This document shows positions 10,288 to 22,346 of a stretch of 64,000 nucleotides of DNA, one piece after another; position 1 is the stretch's first letter; the number at the start of each line of letters is the position of its first letter. The notes under the pieces are model-generated. The model ran no database searches and was not told the origin of the DNA. It saw only the letters and a program-made list of their open reading frames with translations. This DNA comes from Chrysomallon squamiferum (Eukaryota; Animalia; Mollusca), in NCBI GenBank assembly GCA_012295275.1, contig CM022676.1, positions 17,298,001-17,362,000 on the forward strand, in the 5' to 3' direction. The position numbers and the translations under genes were made by a program.

Positions 10288-13200
10288 TTATCTATAACTG
10301 TCTTTACCACGATGCTCCTGTAAATACAAAATAATTTCCCTTTTGTTAAAATCAAACCTGCAACTCATAGCTTTATCTAGAGGAGTTTCACCATTGGAAT
10401 TAATAGCATTTACATCAACACCTTTCTCAATCAGTGCCATCACAATTTCTATATTTCCATTTTCAGCTGCTAAATGTAAAACAGAATTGTTATCTTTGTC
10501 TGTCAAATTAGGATCAGCTCCATGTTCCAGTAAATAAAGAACTACTTGATGGTTTTTATCATTCAAACACGGATCAAAGTAATTTTTTGTATACTTAACA
10601 GCTGTAAAAAGAGGAGTCTTACCTTGGCTGTTTTTAACATTTACATCAACATCTTTTTCAATCAGTGCCATCACAATTTCTATGTTTCCAGATTCAGCTG
10701 CTAAGTGTAAAACAGAATTGTTATTACTGTCTGTTAAATTAGGATCAGCTCCATGTTCCAGTAAATACAAAACTACTTCATATTTTTCATGATTCAGAGA
10801 TCGATTATATTCACTTTTATCATAATTAACAGATGTAAGAAGAGGCGTTTCACCTTTATTGTTTTTAACATTTACATCAACACCTTTTTCAATCAGTGCT
10901 GTCATAATTTCTATAATTCCATATTTAGCTGCAAAGTATAAAATGGAATTGTTATCTTTGTCTGTTAAATTAGGATACGCTCCATGCGCCCATAAACACA
11001 AAACAATTTCCCTTTTCTTATAACCAAACCTGTAACTCATAGCTTTATCCAGAGGAGCCTCACCATTGGAATTAATAACATTTACATCAACACCTTTTTC
11101 AATCAGTGCCATCACAATTTCTGTATTTCCATATTTAGCTGCTAAGTGTAAAACAGAATTGTTATCATTGTCTGTTAAATTAAGGTCAGCTCCATGTTCT
11201 AGTAAATAAAAAGCTACTTTACATTTTTCCTCATTCAGATATGGATCAAAGTCATTTTCCACATAATTAACAGCTGTAAAAAGAGGAGTCTTACCTTGGC
11301 TGTTTTTGACATTTACATCAACACCTTTTTCAGTGAGTGCCATCACAATTTCTACATTTCCACATTTAGCTGCTAAGTGTAAAACAGAATTGTTATCATT
11401 GTTTGTTAAATTAGGATCTGCTCCATGTTCCAGTAAAATAAGGACTACTTTACATATTTCATCATTCAGAGATGGATTATATTCATCTTCCTCATAATTA
11501 ACAGCTTTTAAAAGAGGGGTTTCACCTTTATTGTTTTTAACATTTACATCAACATCTTTTTCAATCAGTGCTATCACAATTTCTGTATTTCCACATTCAG
11601 CTGCTAAGTGTAAAACAGAGTTGTTATCTTTGTCTGTTAAATTAGCATCAGCTCCATGTTCCAGTAAATACAAAACTACTTCAGCTTTTTCATCATTCAG
11701 ATATGTTTTAAATTCACCTTCATCATATTTAAGAGCTACGGTAAGTGCAGTTTCACCTCTGTTGTTTTTAATATTTACATCTGCACCTTTTTCATACATT
11801 GCTGTCACAATTTCTATATCTCCACATACAGCTGCTAAGTGTAAAACAGAACTGTTATCTTTGTCTGTTAAATTAGGATCAGCTCCATGTTCCAGTAAAT
11901 ATAAAACTACTTTACATTTTTCATCAGTCAGAAATGGATGAAAGTGATCTGCATCACAATTAACAGCTGTAAAAAGAGGAGTTTCACCTGTACTGTTTTT
12001 CATATTTACATCAAAGCCTTTTTCAATCAGTGCTGTCACAATTTCTATATTTCCATACTTAGCTGCTAAGTGTAAAACAGAATTGTCATTATTCTGTATT
12101 AAATTAGGATCAGCTCCATGTTCCAGTAAACAAAACATTACTTTACATTTTTCATCATTAACTGATGAATCATATTCATGTCCATCATATTTAAGAGCTA
12201 AAGCAAGAGGAGTTTCACCTTCACTGTTTTTGATATTTATATCAACACCTTTTTCAATCAGTGCTGTCACAATTTCAATATTTGCACATTTAACTGTTAA
12301 GTGTAAAACAGAATTGTTATAATTGTCAGTTAAATTAGGATCAGCTCCATATTCTAGTAAATACAAAACTACTTTACAGATTACATCAGTCAGAAATGGA
12401 TGTTTATCTTCATCTTCATCTTCATCATAATTAACAGATGTAAAAAGAGGAGTTTCACCTCTGTTGTTTTTAATATTTACATCAACACCTTTTTCAATCA
12501 GTGCTTTCACAATTTCAGTATTTTCTTCACTAGCTGCTAAGTGTAAGACAGAATTGCTATCATCATCTGTTAATTTAGGATCAGCTCCATGTTCCAGTAA
12601 ATACAAAACAACTTTGTTCTGTATATACTTAATAGCTGTAAAAAGAGGAGTTTTACCTCTGTTGTTTTTAATATTTACATCAACACCTTTTTCAATCAGT
12701 GCTTCCACAATTTCAATATTTTCTTCACTAGCTGCTAAGTGTAAAACAGAATTGCTATCATCATCTGTTAATTTAGGATCAGCTCCATGTTCCAGTAAAT
12801 ACAAAACAACTTTGTTCTGTATATACTTAATAGCTGTAAAAAGAGGAGTTTTACCTCTGTTGTTTTTAATATTTACATCAAAACCTTTTTCAATCAGTGC
12901 TTCCACAATTTCAATATTTTCTTCACTAGCTGCTAAGTGTAAAACAGAATTGCTATCATCATCTGTTAATTTAGGATCAGCTCCATGTTCCAGTAAATGC
13001 AAAACAACTTCGTTCTGTTTGTACTTAATAGCTGTAAAAAGAGGAGTTTCACCTCTGTTGTTTTTAATATTTGCATCAACACCTTTTTCAATCAGTGCTG
13101 TGACAATTTCAATATTTCCTTGATTAGCTGCTAAGTGTAAAACAGAATTGCTATCATCATCTGTTAAATTAGGATCAGCTCCATGTTCCAGTAAATACAA

Positions 13201-16200
13201 AAGAACTTCGTTCTGTTTATACTTAATAGCTGTAAAAAGAGGAGTTTCACCTCTGTTGTTTTTAATATTTGCATCAACACCTTTTTCAATCAGTGCTGTC
13301 ACAATTTCAATATTTCTTTGATTAGCTGCTAAGTGTAAAACAGAATTGCTATCATCATCTGTTAAATTAGGATCAGCTCCATGTTCCAGTAAATACAAAA
13401 CAACTTCGTTCTGTTTATACTTAATAGCTGTAAAAAGAGGAATTTCACCTCTGTTGCTTTTAATATTTACATCCACACCTGTTTCAAATAGTGTGGTCAC
13501 AGTTTCTATAATTCCATATTCAGCTGCTAAGTGTAAAACAGAATTGTTATCAGTTTCTGTTAAATTAAGATCAGCTCCTTGTTTTAGTAAGTATAAAGCT
13601 ATTTCTGGTCTGCTATGATTTAAGGAGACAAGAAGAGGCGTTTCCCCTTTAGTGTTCATTACATTTATATCAACACCTTTTTGTATTACTTTTTTCATTA
13701 CATCTATGTCAATTTGAGATGCTATGTGCAATGCTGAATTTTTTTCTTTGTCTGTTATATCAGTATCAGCACCATTTTCCAGTAACAACAAAGCTATTTC
13801 CTTTCTGTGTGTCACTGCTTTTACAGCTTCACGAAGTGGAGTTTCTCCCTCACTGTTTACCGCATTAACATCAGCATTTCTCTCTATCAGTGATTTTAAC
13901 ATATCTAAATCACCACGCAGAACTGAAATGTGGAGAGCTGTGTCTGAAGGCAACAATTTCAAACAAGGTCTATGTTTCAGTATAATTTTGTCACGAAGCA
14001 AGAACTTTGGGGTAGGTACCATACAGTTTAATGCAATTTGCTTTTCAAAGAACTGAATCAATTTCTCCTTGACAGCTACATTCACATTAGGATCAGCACC
14101 TTTATCAAGAAGACACTGAACAACATCTATACCGTTAAACATCACAGCTACTTTCAGTACTTCACTTTTCTTCCAGTTGTTCTCATCTGTATCATTTCGT
14201 CTCTGCTCAATGAGAAAATTCACTGTTTCAGTAGATCCCCACATTGCTGCTGCTAAAAGTACTTCATCTCTGTTCTCATCATTTAAACAATCAGGTTTCA
14301 GTTTTACTATTTCTTTTATAACATTTGAAGTACTCTGACCAGCTGCAATATTAGCAATATATTTAATTTTGTTTATTATTTCACTGGTAACCAGCTTCTT
14401 AAATAGATGTATGACAGAGTTTTTAAAACTTGTGTAACTTACTTGACTATGGAACTTAACCAATAACAGTTTCACAGCTTTTTCTTTCATTTCACTGTTG
14501 TTTTTCTCTTTGTCTACCATGTCAGCCAACAGACAGGCAATGTTCATGTTTTCTGAATAAATAGAAAGACATAACAAGTGGGAAAACAGAGTCAACTTCA
14601 TCTCCTTTTTATACTGTAACAATTGTTTCAGTATGGTAGCACTGTCTGTTTTAGAACATGCTGCTGCACTGAATGTATCAAATGTTGGAATGACACCTGA
14701 TTCTAGCAACGGTTTCACAATATATTCATCACCAAACAAACAAGAAATATCCAAAAGTTCTTTTTTTAGATATGTTAATTTCATTTTACACAGATTTTCT
14801 GCGAAAAATCGTGACAATGTTCTTAGTCCATTAACAATACACTCACTTGGAACAGATGTTGAATTTATTAATTTGTTTTCAACTTTCAAATCACTATCAA
14901 GAAGAGATGGTCTATTGCTGAATATTTCATTAGCAATGTTTATATATATGAATGATACATAAACAGTTCGAAAGTTTTTTTCAGAAACATCTATAAATCG
15001 TCTCCGATTTACATCTTGATGAATTCCACGTAGTCTTTGATGCAGTATTTCAGATGTTTTGCCATAAAAGTGTTTTTCCTCTGTCATATACTTCACAAAT
15101 TCTTCATCTTTCAGTGACGGATGTGAAATAATTTTTCTGAAATTGTCTGATGCCAGCAAATCAGTAAATCTGCGAGCAAGAACATCAAAGCAGTCAGGTG
15201 TCACAGTCATTGTAATGTGACTTTTGTTAGACACTCCAGGTGTCACAACATATTCTAACAACATGGAGACAGGGCACACTTCTAGCAACTCTGCTGCTTT
15301 CTCTGGAAACTCTGATGAAAAGATCAGAAACACAGAGTCAAACATTGACTGATGAATAAATGTATATTTATTGTCACAGCAGTTCAAGTAGGTACCACAC
15401 ATTACATCAGCTGTTTTCTTTATATCTGTGAGATCTGTGTTTTTTACACGCTGACAGACTCGCTCTAGCAGCCTTATTAATTTCATTATTTCACTGTCAA
15501 TGCCATTTTTAAATGGGCACAGTGAATCAATGTTGAGACTGCCTTCCTGAAACATTATCAGCAGTAGAACCAGGTAATTAATTTGTGAAGATTTATCATT
15601 TTTCAAATTTTCCAGCCCTTGTCTCAGATAGTCTACAGGTTTCTCAAAAAACTTGACTCCTCTTTTTTGTGCATCGCTTGAATTAAAATAATAGACACAC
15701 ACCTGAGGAAATCCTAACTCTTTACATGAATTGCAAATAACACAACACCTTATATCAGTTTTATCCATTGTAACATTCTTTTGTTCAAGGTATCTGTTTA
15801 GAATTTGTTCTTTTTCATCATAATCCAGACAACAATCATCACTCTGCAGATCAAGAACATGTTTCTCATTAAACAGACCAAATTCCTTCAAACTAGTTTC
15901 ACTTTCTGAAAATATTTGTTTTCTTAAAGTAATAATGCATTTCAGAGAACCTTCCTGAACAAGATTCCAGATCACTGGAAATTTGAGTTTCCATGATTCT
16001 ATAAAATCTGAAACAAGATTAGTCTTACCAAATATATCATCAATGAGAACAACACATTTCTTATTTTCAGATAGAGAGATGTCACTGAAACCAGTGTGAT
16101 GAGTCAGCAAGTAAGATTCTCTTTTTTCTTCATTTTCTATCTGTCTCATCATTCTCAAAGCAAGAGTTGTCTTTCCTGAACCTGGACTTCCTACTACAAT

Positions 16201-16301
16201 CACAACACCGTTCTGCTTCAAAAGTTCAACACCTCTTTTCTCTGCTCTTGTTTCAACATAGACTCTCCAGTCAACTGAGTTTAACACTGACCTGGTACAC
16301 T
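10288..16301 (-). CDS. NLR-like STAND NTPase (nSTAND3-type) with long ankyrin-repeat array; ~6-kb terminal exon
   Basis: Uninterrupted ~2000-codon frame. Motifs: YVETR, Walker A VIVVGSPGSGKT (16191-16168), Walker B CVVLIDDIFG, IITLR, GFPQ, FIHQSMFD. A helical region and more than 30 ankyrin repeats (GETPL..., NSVLHLAA...GADPN) follow. The acceptor GATACAG| places the exon start at 16301 (phase 1), so the GTG at 16287 is not the start. Confidence 0.93.
10310..13600 (-). repeat. High-identity ankyrin array: 198-bp double-ANK units, ~230-bp units with loop insertion, 672-bp higher-order duplication
   Basis: Period 198 (e.g. 12601 vs 12799). Period 672 (GAGGAGTCTTACCTTGGCTG at 10611 and 11283; AGCTTTATC at 10369 and 11041). 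Confidence 0.92.
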
Positions 16302-16569
16302 CTGTATCACAGCATTAAAAAACAAACCATCTATTATTAATTATTTTGAACATATTTTACCATTTAGATATAAAAAATATAATTTTTAACTGGTTATCAG
16401 AGGTGAACTTCTTAAAAGAAAAATGCAATAGTTTGTTTCATAAGTTGAGTTCAGCAGAATTTAATAAAGATAAAACGTTGTCACAATTTTAGATGGTATA
16501 AAAGTAACGAGATGATTATTTTGTTATTTATGAATATCTTTGGAAATTGTACAAATAATAATAATAATA

Positions 16570-16618
<49 letters not shown>

Positions 16619-16621
16619 TAC

Positions 16622-16654
16622 CTTTGATATTGGATGCTTTCACATCAGTCTTTG
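16622..16654 (-). CDS. 33-nt coding exon of the STAND-ANK gene (TKTDVKASNIKE across junctions)
   Basis: Minus strand ATTATTTCAG|CAAAGACT...ATCAAAG|GTATTT; phase 1-1, in frame with the large exon. Confidence 0.7.
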
Positions 16655-17363
16655 CTGAAATAATATAGAAATAAAACAAGTAAATTTGTGTTATTGATGA
16701 TGAGTAAAAGAAATGATTAAAGTGATCTGTACAAGTACAGTAAACATGTAACATTATTATTAAATCTTTGTTATTTATTTTACTACAATTATTACTACTA
16801 TTACCAAAACTACTGCTGTTGTTTCTTATCACTAATGCTATTTATTTATTGTTATTGTTCATATTATTATTACTATTATTACGATTATTATTATTATTAT
16901 TATTATTATTGTTGTTGTTGTTGTTGTTGTTGTTGTTTTTGTTGTTGTTGGTGGTGGTGGTGGTGTATGATTATTGTTGTTGTTGTACCTTCTTCTGTAT
17001 ATTAGTATGCACATGTAATAATAATGACAGGTAGATAGTCCTGTTTAATTCATGTATATATTAACAGTTTAAGATTAAACTCTAGTTCAGTTCAGCATAC
17101 ATAAACTGTGTCACTGTCTGAACATATTTGTGTGTGTGCAATGCATGTCTGCATATATACATGTATGTGTATGTATGTGTTCAGTGTATGTGTTATATAG
17201 GTATATATTTAAATATGCTTGTATGTATTATGTATATGTATGTATGAGCATGTTTCTTTGTTGTTCAGGTCACACTGATAGAAATGTACTAATGTCTACT
17301 GTGATGTGTATTCTGTTATTTATTAAGCAGGTAGAAAAAAGGAAACTTTCAGTTTTAACTTAC

Positions 17364-17477
17364 TGATGTTAATAACTTGATTTCCAAACACAACATTCCT
17401 ACAATTAGACACAGCCTGGTAATTCTGAACTGTGTTGATATTTACACTGTGTTCTACCACTGGTTGTGTTCTTCCAG
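17364..17477 (-). CDS. 114-nt coding exon of the STAND-ANK gene encoding a RHIM-like, N/Q/V/I-rich segment
   Basis: Minus strand TTTTTACTCAG|CTGGAAGA...AACATCA|GTAAGT; phase 1-1, no stop; GRTQPVVEHSVNINTVQNYQAVSNCRNVVFGNQVINI. Confidence 0.8.
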
Positions 17478-17814
17478 CTGAGTAAAAATAAATTATATAA
17501 ATTCACAAATTAAACAAATAATGTTTTAATCCATTCTTATCTACATATAGAGATATGACAGTGTACAGTATTAATACAATGTGTCCTAGCAGTATTAATG
17601 AATATAACAATAAAACTGTATGTTTTAATGAATGTGTTTGATATTGTTAACTAATTATGCATAAAATAATCAAACAATGACAAGTGGTTTTTCTAACAAA
17701 AAGCAGACAAAATCTTTCAATTGTTAATTTATTATAAATATAAAACAAACCAAGTATCACTTTACAAAGAATTGATATACTTCATTAATAAAGATATAAA
17801 TAATGGTGTCATAC

Positions 17815-17857
17815 TTTCTGAGGAACAAATTTCTGAACTCGCTTTTTTGTCATCCAT
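17815..17857 (-). CDS. Probable start-codon exon of the STAND-ANK gene (MDDKKASSEICSSE); exon spans 17862-17815
   Basis: Minus strand TTTTTACATTTCAG|CCAATATGGATGAC...TCAGAAA|GTATGA. ATG at 17857 has A at -3 and G at +4. The phase-1 end joins the next exon in frame. Further upstream coding exons are not excluded. Confidence 0.65.
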
Positions 17858-17895
17858 ATTGGCTGAAATGTAAAAAATAACATAATTTTAAAATA

Positions 17896-18050
17896 GAAGA
17901 AAGAAAATAAATGTTGTATTCACTGTTGTACGGTGTCAGACATAAAATTAAGGAAAATTCAGATAAGAAAAAAAAAAAAAAGAAGAAAAAAAAAAAAAAC
18001 ATTCCCACCACTTCATGGTCTAATTTCCCACAGACAGTGCGTACTATTTC
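17896..18050 (-). mobile_element. Degenerate Nin-type (mollusc) SINE remnant
   Basis: GAAGAAAGAAAATAAATGTT...TACGGTGTCAGACATA...CACTTCATGG...CCCACAGACAG resembles, from memory, the reverse strand of the gastropod Nin-domain SINE. It shares motifs with the reverse complement of 46545-46625. Confidence 0.55.
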
Positions 18051-19779
18051 ACATATCAGGTTCAGCTTTTCAAAAAAACTAAAACAGCTCAGACTGCATA
18101 CTCAACTTTTGTTCTATAAATATATTCCTGAAAGTATTTTAAAATAACAAACATCCTCATATTGTAAATAGTGATGTTAGATTGTTATATAAAAATAGTC
18201 ATGAAAACTTAATTATTACAATACTGCTAGTGTGAAAACTTAATACTGTTGTAATTTATTACTCTTACATCACATTAGAATCATTTCACTCAAACATTTT
18301 ATAATAATTAACTGATAATTATCATAAAGCATTTGTAGGATGTTTTCTCAATTGCAATACTAAATGATGTGAGTTATGAGTCCAGCTTTGAATCAGCTGG
18401 AGAACATTTGGGGAGAGTTAGCAGTTTTGTAGCACTGGGACTGACTTTAGTTGACCATTTGACAAATCCAACATTTCACCCTGAGGATGGGTTGGATGTT
18501 TACTTACCATTGGTGATTGATCCCTTTACAACAAATGTAATCTAAACACTCAAAGTAGCATTTTCTTAAACTATTTTAACTCTGCAGCTCCATACTTTGG
18601 AATGATAATTTTTGAAATAAACAGTACTTGGTAATTATGTGACAATAGTGTTATTAAAAAAAAAAAAAAAAAAAATAAAAAATCTTATATCCAGTACTGC
18701 GGTGCTTAACATTTTTTCAGATGTATATTATATTACCATTCTCCTGAGTTCACCTTTAGTAATCTACTCATATTTATATGTATATGTATGCAGTTTAATT
18801 CTTAAAGTATTTCATAATATATTTACTTATTTAGTACCATAAGAAGACTACAATTAAAACATGTGGGATAAGAACAAGTGCAATACTTTATATCAGGGTG
18901 ACAAGACTGTTATATCTGTCAAATAAATAGTATAATTATTCTTATCTGTTGTGTCTGCTTGCAAAAACATACTTTGTGAATTTGTAATCTTGACCACTTG
19001 ATGATTTCATGTTAATGTACAGACACATTTCTTGTGTGGCTGTGTTTAAAACTGTCATTTACAAACCACCAATACAGTAATGATATCTATAAATAGTACA
19101 GCATTCAACCATTAAAAAACTTTCTTTATTTGCTATTTATTTTTAGAGATGATTTCTCAATGCCATATATACAGGTATTTGAAAGAAAAAAGAAAAACAT
19201 ACATATATTAATGTTATTTCATGCAGTTAAGCATTATTCTACAATAATTATAATAATTTATTAATGTTTTATCATATATTCATTCACTTTAATGTAAATG
19301 GTTTTTCAAAATAATGATAACAGTCACTACTCTATTTGTATTTAAATAGAAATCAGGTAGAACCGTCTAAAAATAAAATAGCTAATTTAAAAAAAAGTGA
19401 ATAAATAATAACTTATTAAATAAGAGCTGTAATAGGGTACTACTAATAATAATACATATAAAAACATACTAAAGACCAGGTTAAAATGTTTATGTGCTTG
19501 TGGTATTTAGGACGATGTGACGAATTCACTGTTAAGACATTGTGCACATAAGTGCAGAAAATAAAAAATAAAAAAACAAACATTTGTCTATATTGTGAGA
19601 AGCTAAATAATTTCAATAACGGCGCTACATACAAACACAATTACAAAAACGGAATTAGTTTCATTAAACAAAATAGAAAGGAATTCGAAAATAATACAGT
19701 ATATGAGATAATATTATTATTACATTTTTCATCCGTAACATCCATATACGAGAATTGTAAATAAAATTTCGCTCACAAC

Positions 19780-20190
19780 ACATTTTCAAGTCAGGCTTTA
19801 TGTAACGTTTTTCATGTGAATATATAAAAAATCCTCACACTATAACGACCTATTTGTTAGAGAACTAACTCTGATATGCCTAAAAATAATCAAACAAAGA
19901 ACACTCGAATCGTTAAAACATAATAAATTATAAAATATCATCCGCTTTCAATATGGCCGACTTGTTTCACTTCTGTTTTGTTTACTTTTAGCTATCAGAA
20001 TCCGCCACTGATAAACACGTTGACTGACGTCAAATATCTTACACGTCATCAAGTGTCACTTCTCAGGTTTCAATGTCAGACTAAAATACACAAATCGTGT
20101 TACGAGACATGTACACTCATCTTACAAGCATTTTTCCTTCAAGTAAATTATATTGATTTAATGTAGTTCTATTACTCTGCATTGTTTTTA
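19780..20190 (-). promoter_or_regulatory. Candidate promoter module upstream of the STAND-ANK gene; homologous inverted copies at 35330-35730 and 38330-38930
   Basis: Perfect CRE TGACGTCA at 20025-20032 and IRF-like AGAAGTGAAAC (minus strand, 19974-19964). It lies where CpG-poor sequence gives way to CpG-containing sequence. Function is inferred. Confidence 0.45.
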
Positions 20191-20204
20191 TTTGTTATTA
20201 AATG

Positions 20205-20289
<85 letters not shown>

Positions 20290-20809
20290 TTCAAAAGAAA
20301 AATGAAAAATAAGTGCAGCTATTAGTTTAGAACTATATCGGTGCCAACTATCGGTAATTTCTTAGAAGCGAGTTATTCCTGTTTAATTATTCTACTATTG
20401 ATCAATAAGATCAGATATAAATAAATAGCTTGATAAAATAAAATAAAATAAAATATTTTGAATACATGAATAAATAAATGGAACTAAATAAAGTAATAAG
20501 ATGGATAAAAATATGGCATTAGCTATTCATAGTTCATATGACTTATATTAGAATTATGACGATTATAATAATACTGATGATGACGACGACAACAACAACA
20601 CTAATGGATTTAGTCTAACACTACTTCTAATAACACTCTCACAACAACGGCTGATATTTCTATGCTGCATCTACAAACTGCTGCTGCCACTTCTACCACT
20701 GAAACTTCTACTATTAAATCTACTGCTACCATTATTAGTAGCACAAATATCATTATTATTACTACTGCCACAAATGTATTTATTTATATATTAGATACAC
20801 ACACATATG

Positions 20810-20856
<47 letters not shown>

Positions 20857-22225
20857 TAATAATAATAACAACACAAACAAGAACATACTAATTGTATCGA
20901 GTGCATGTCTTATTTATCTGATGATACTCACATGACCAGTCTATCAAGATACATGCTAACACGTGACTGTTTGTTTCTTATGTAGGTCAGATAAAAAAGT
21001 GTATCACACGAGAACAAAGCTATAGCTGGGTGTTACTTACAACGATCTGACAAATTCATTGTTAATACAGTGTCTGCGCATAAGTGTAAAAAATAAACAA
21101 AAAACGTGTGAAATTATTTAAACTGTGAAAAAATATAAACTTTCAATAACGATGATAAAGACAAACACATCAACAACCAAAGTACTTCCAATAGACAAAT
21201 AAACAAACAAACTCTTAAATAGAAAATAATACAGCTGTACGAGTTAATATTATTATTACGTTTTTATTGGCAAGTTGACTAGACATGATTATAAATAAAT
21301 CAACTTTATCTCAGAACACATTTTTCAAGTCAGGGTCTACATTATATTTAATTCATGTCTATTTAGAAAACCTCACAACATAATGATCAGTGTCCTACCC
21401 ACTTCTAGTTAAGTGATCCTATTTTTCTGTTGTATCGAAACAAACGAACATATAAAAACACTGGAAATAATTACAGTGTCATGGTCAGTGTGTCACGTGT
21501 ACATCAGTAGCAGCGAACATCTTTTTATCTTTACCTTTGTAGATGAAAACAAATACACCAACATTTTATACACTGGCTGAAACATGTGATAGAAAAACAC
21601 GAATGTTACATTAGAAGAAAGGGATCAATGAAAAAACGACAAAAATAAAAAATAAAAAATGAAAGAGGGAGGGAAGGAAGGAAGAAATAAATGTTTCATT
21701 TAAGACTCACTGAACACATTTTATTTGCTGATTTGTGTGCTGCTAAGGACGGCTGAGATAAAACGAGATGAACTCTGTGTGTGTACATCTCACATATATA
21801 TATACATAGATATATACATACATACATACATATATACATATATATATGTATGTATGTATGTATGTATATATTCGTATTCGTATTCACCAAATTATTTGGA
21901 TATTTAGAAGGACAGTGTTAGTTCAGATTTTAAAACATATGACATCCATAGACATTTCTATCAGCACGTAAAGCAATTAAGTTAATGTTCGCTGTACGAG
22001 ATACTGATTTTGTTCTCACGAGGTAAAACTCAATAATCTAAAACTGAAAACACTAACAAAACAAAATAAACAAAAAAAAAACAATCTAAAACCAAATAAT
22101 AATAATTCTACTAATAATAAAAGCACCAGCAATACGGACAGCAATGATAATTATAATTATAAATAAATAAATAAAATTAATAAATAATAACTAAAACTGG
22201 AAAGTATTCCATCACTATGAGTTTC

Positions 22226-22346
<121 letters not shown>

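Noticed and set aside
10343-14962. Plus-strand ORFs overlapping the ankyrin gene
   Set aside because: Antisense shadows of the repetitive coding strand.
10288-16301. Bacterial or endosymbiont origin (contaminant or recent HGT) of the intron-free ankyrin ORF
   Set aside because: It has a spliceosomal acceptor, in-frame upstream GT-AG exons and host-like CpG depletion; nSTAND3-ankyrin genes are a known molluscan architecture.
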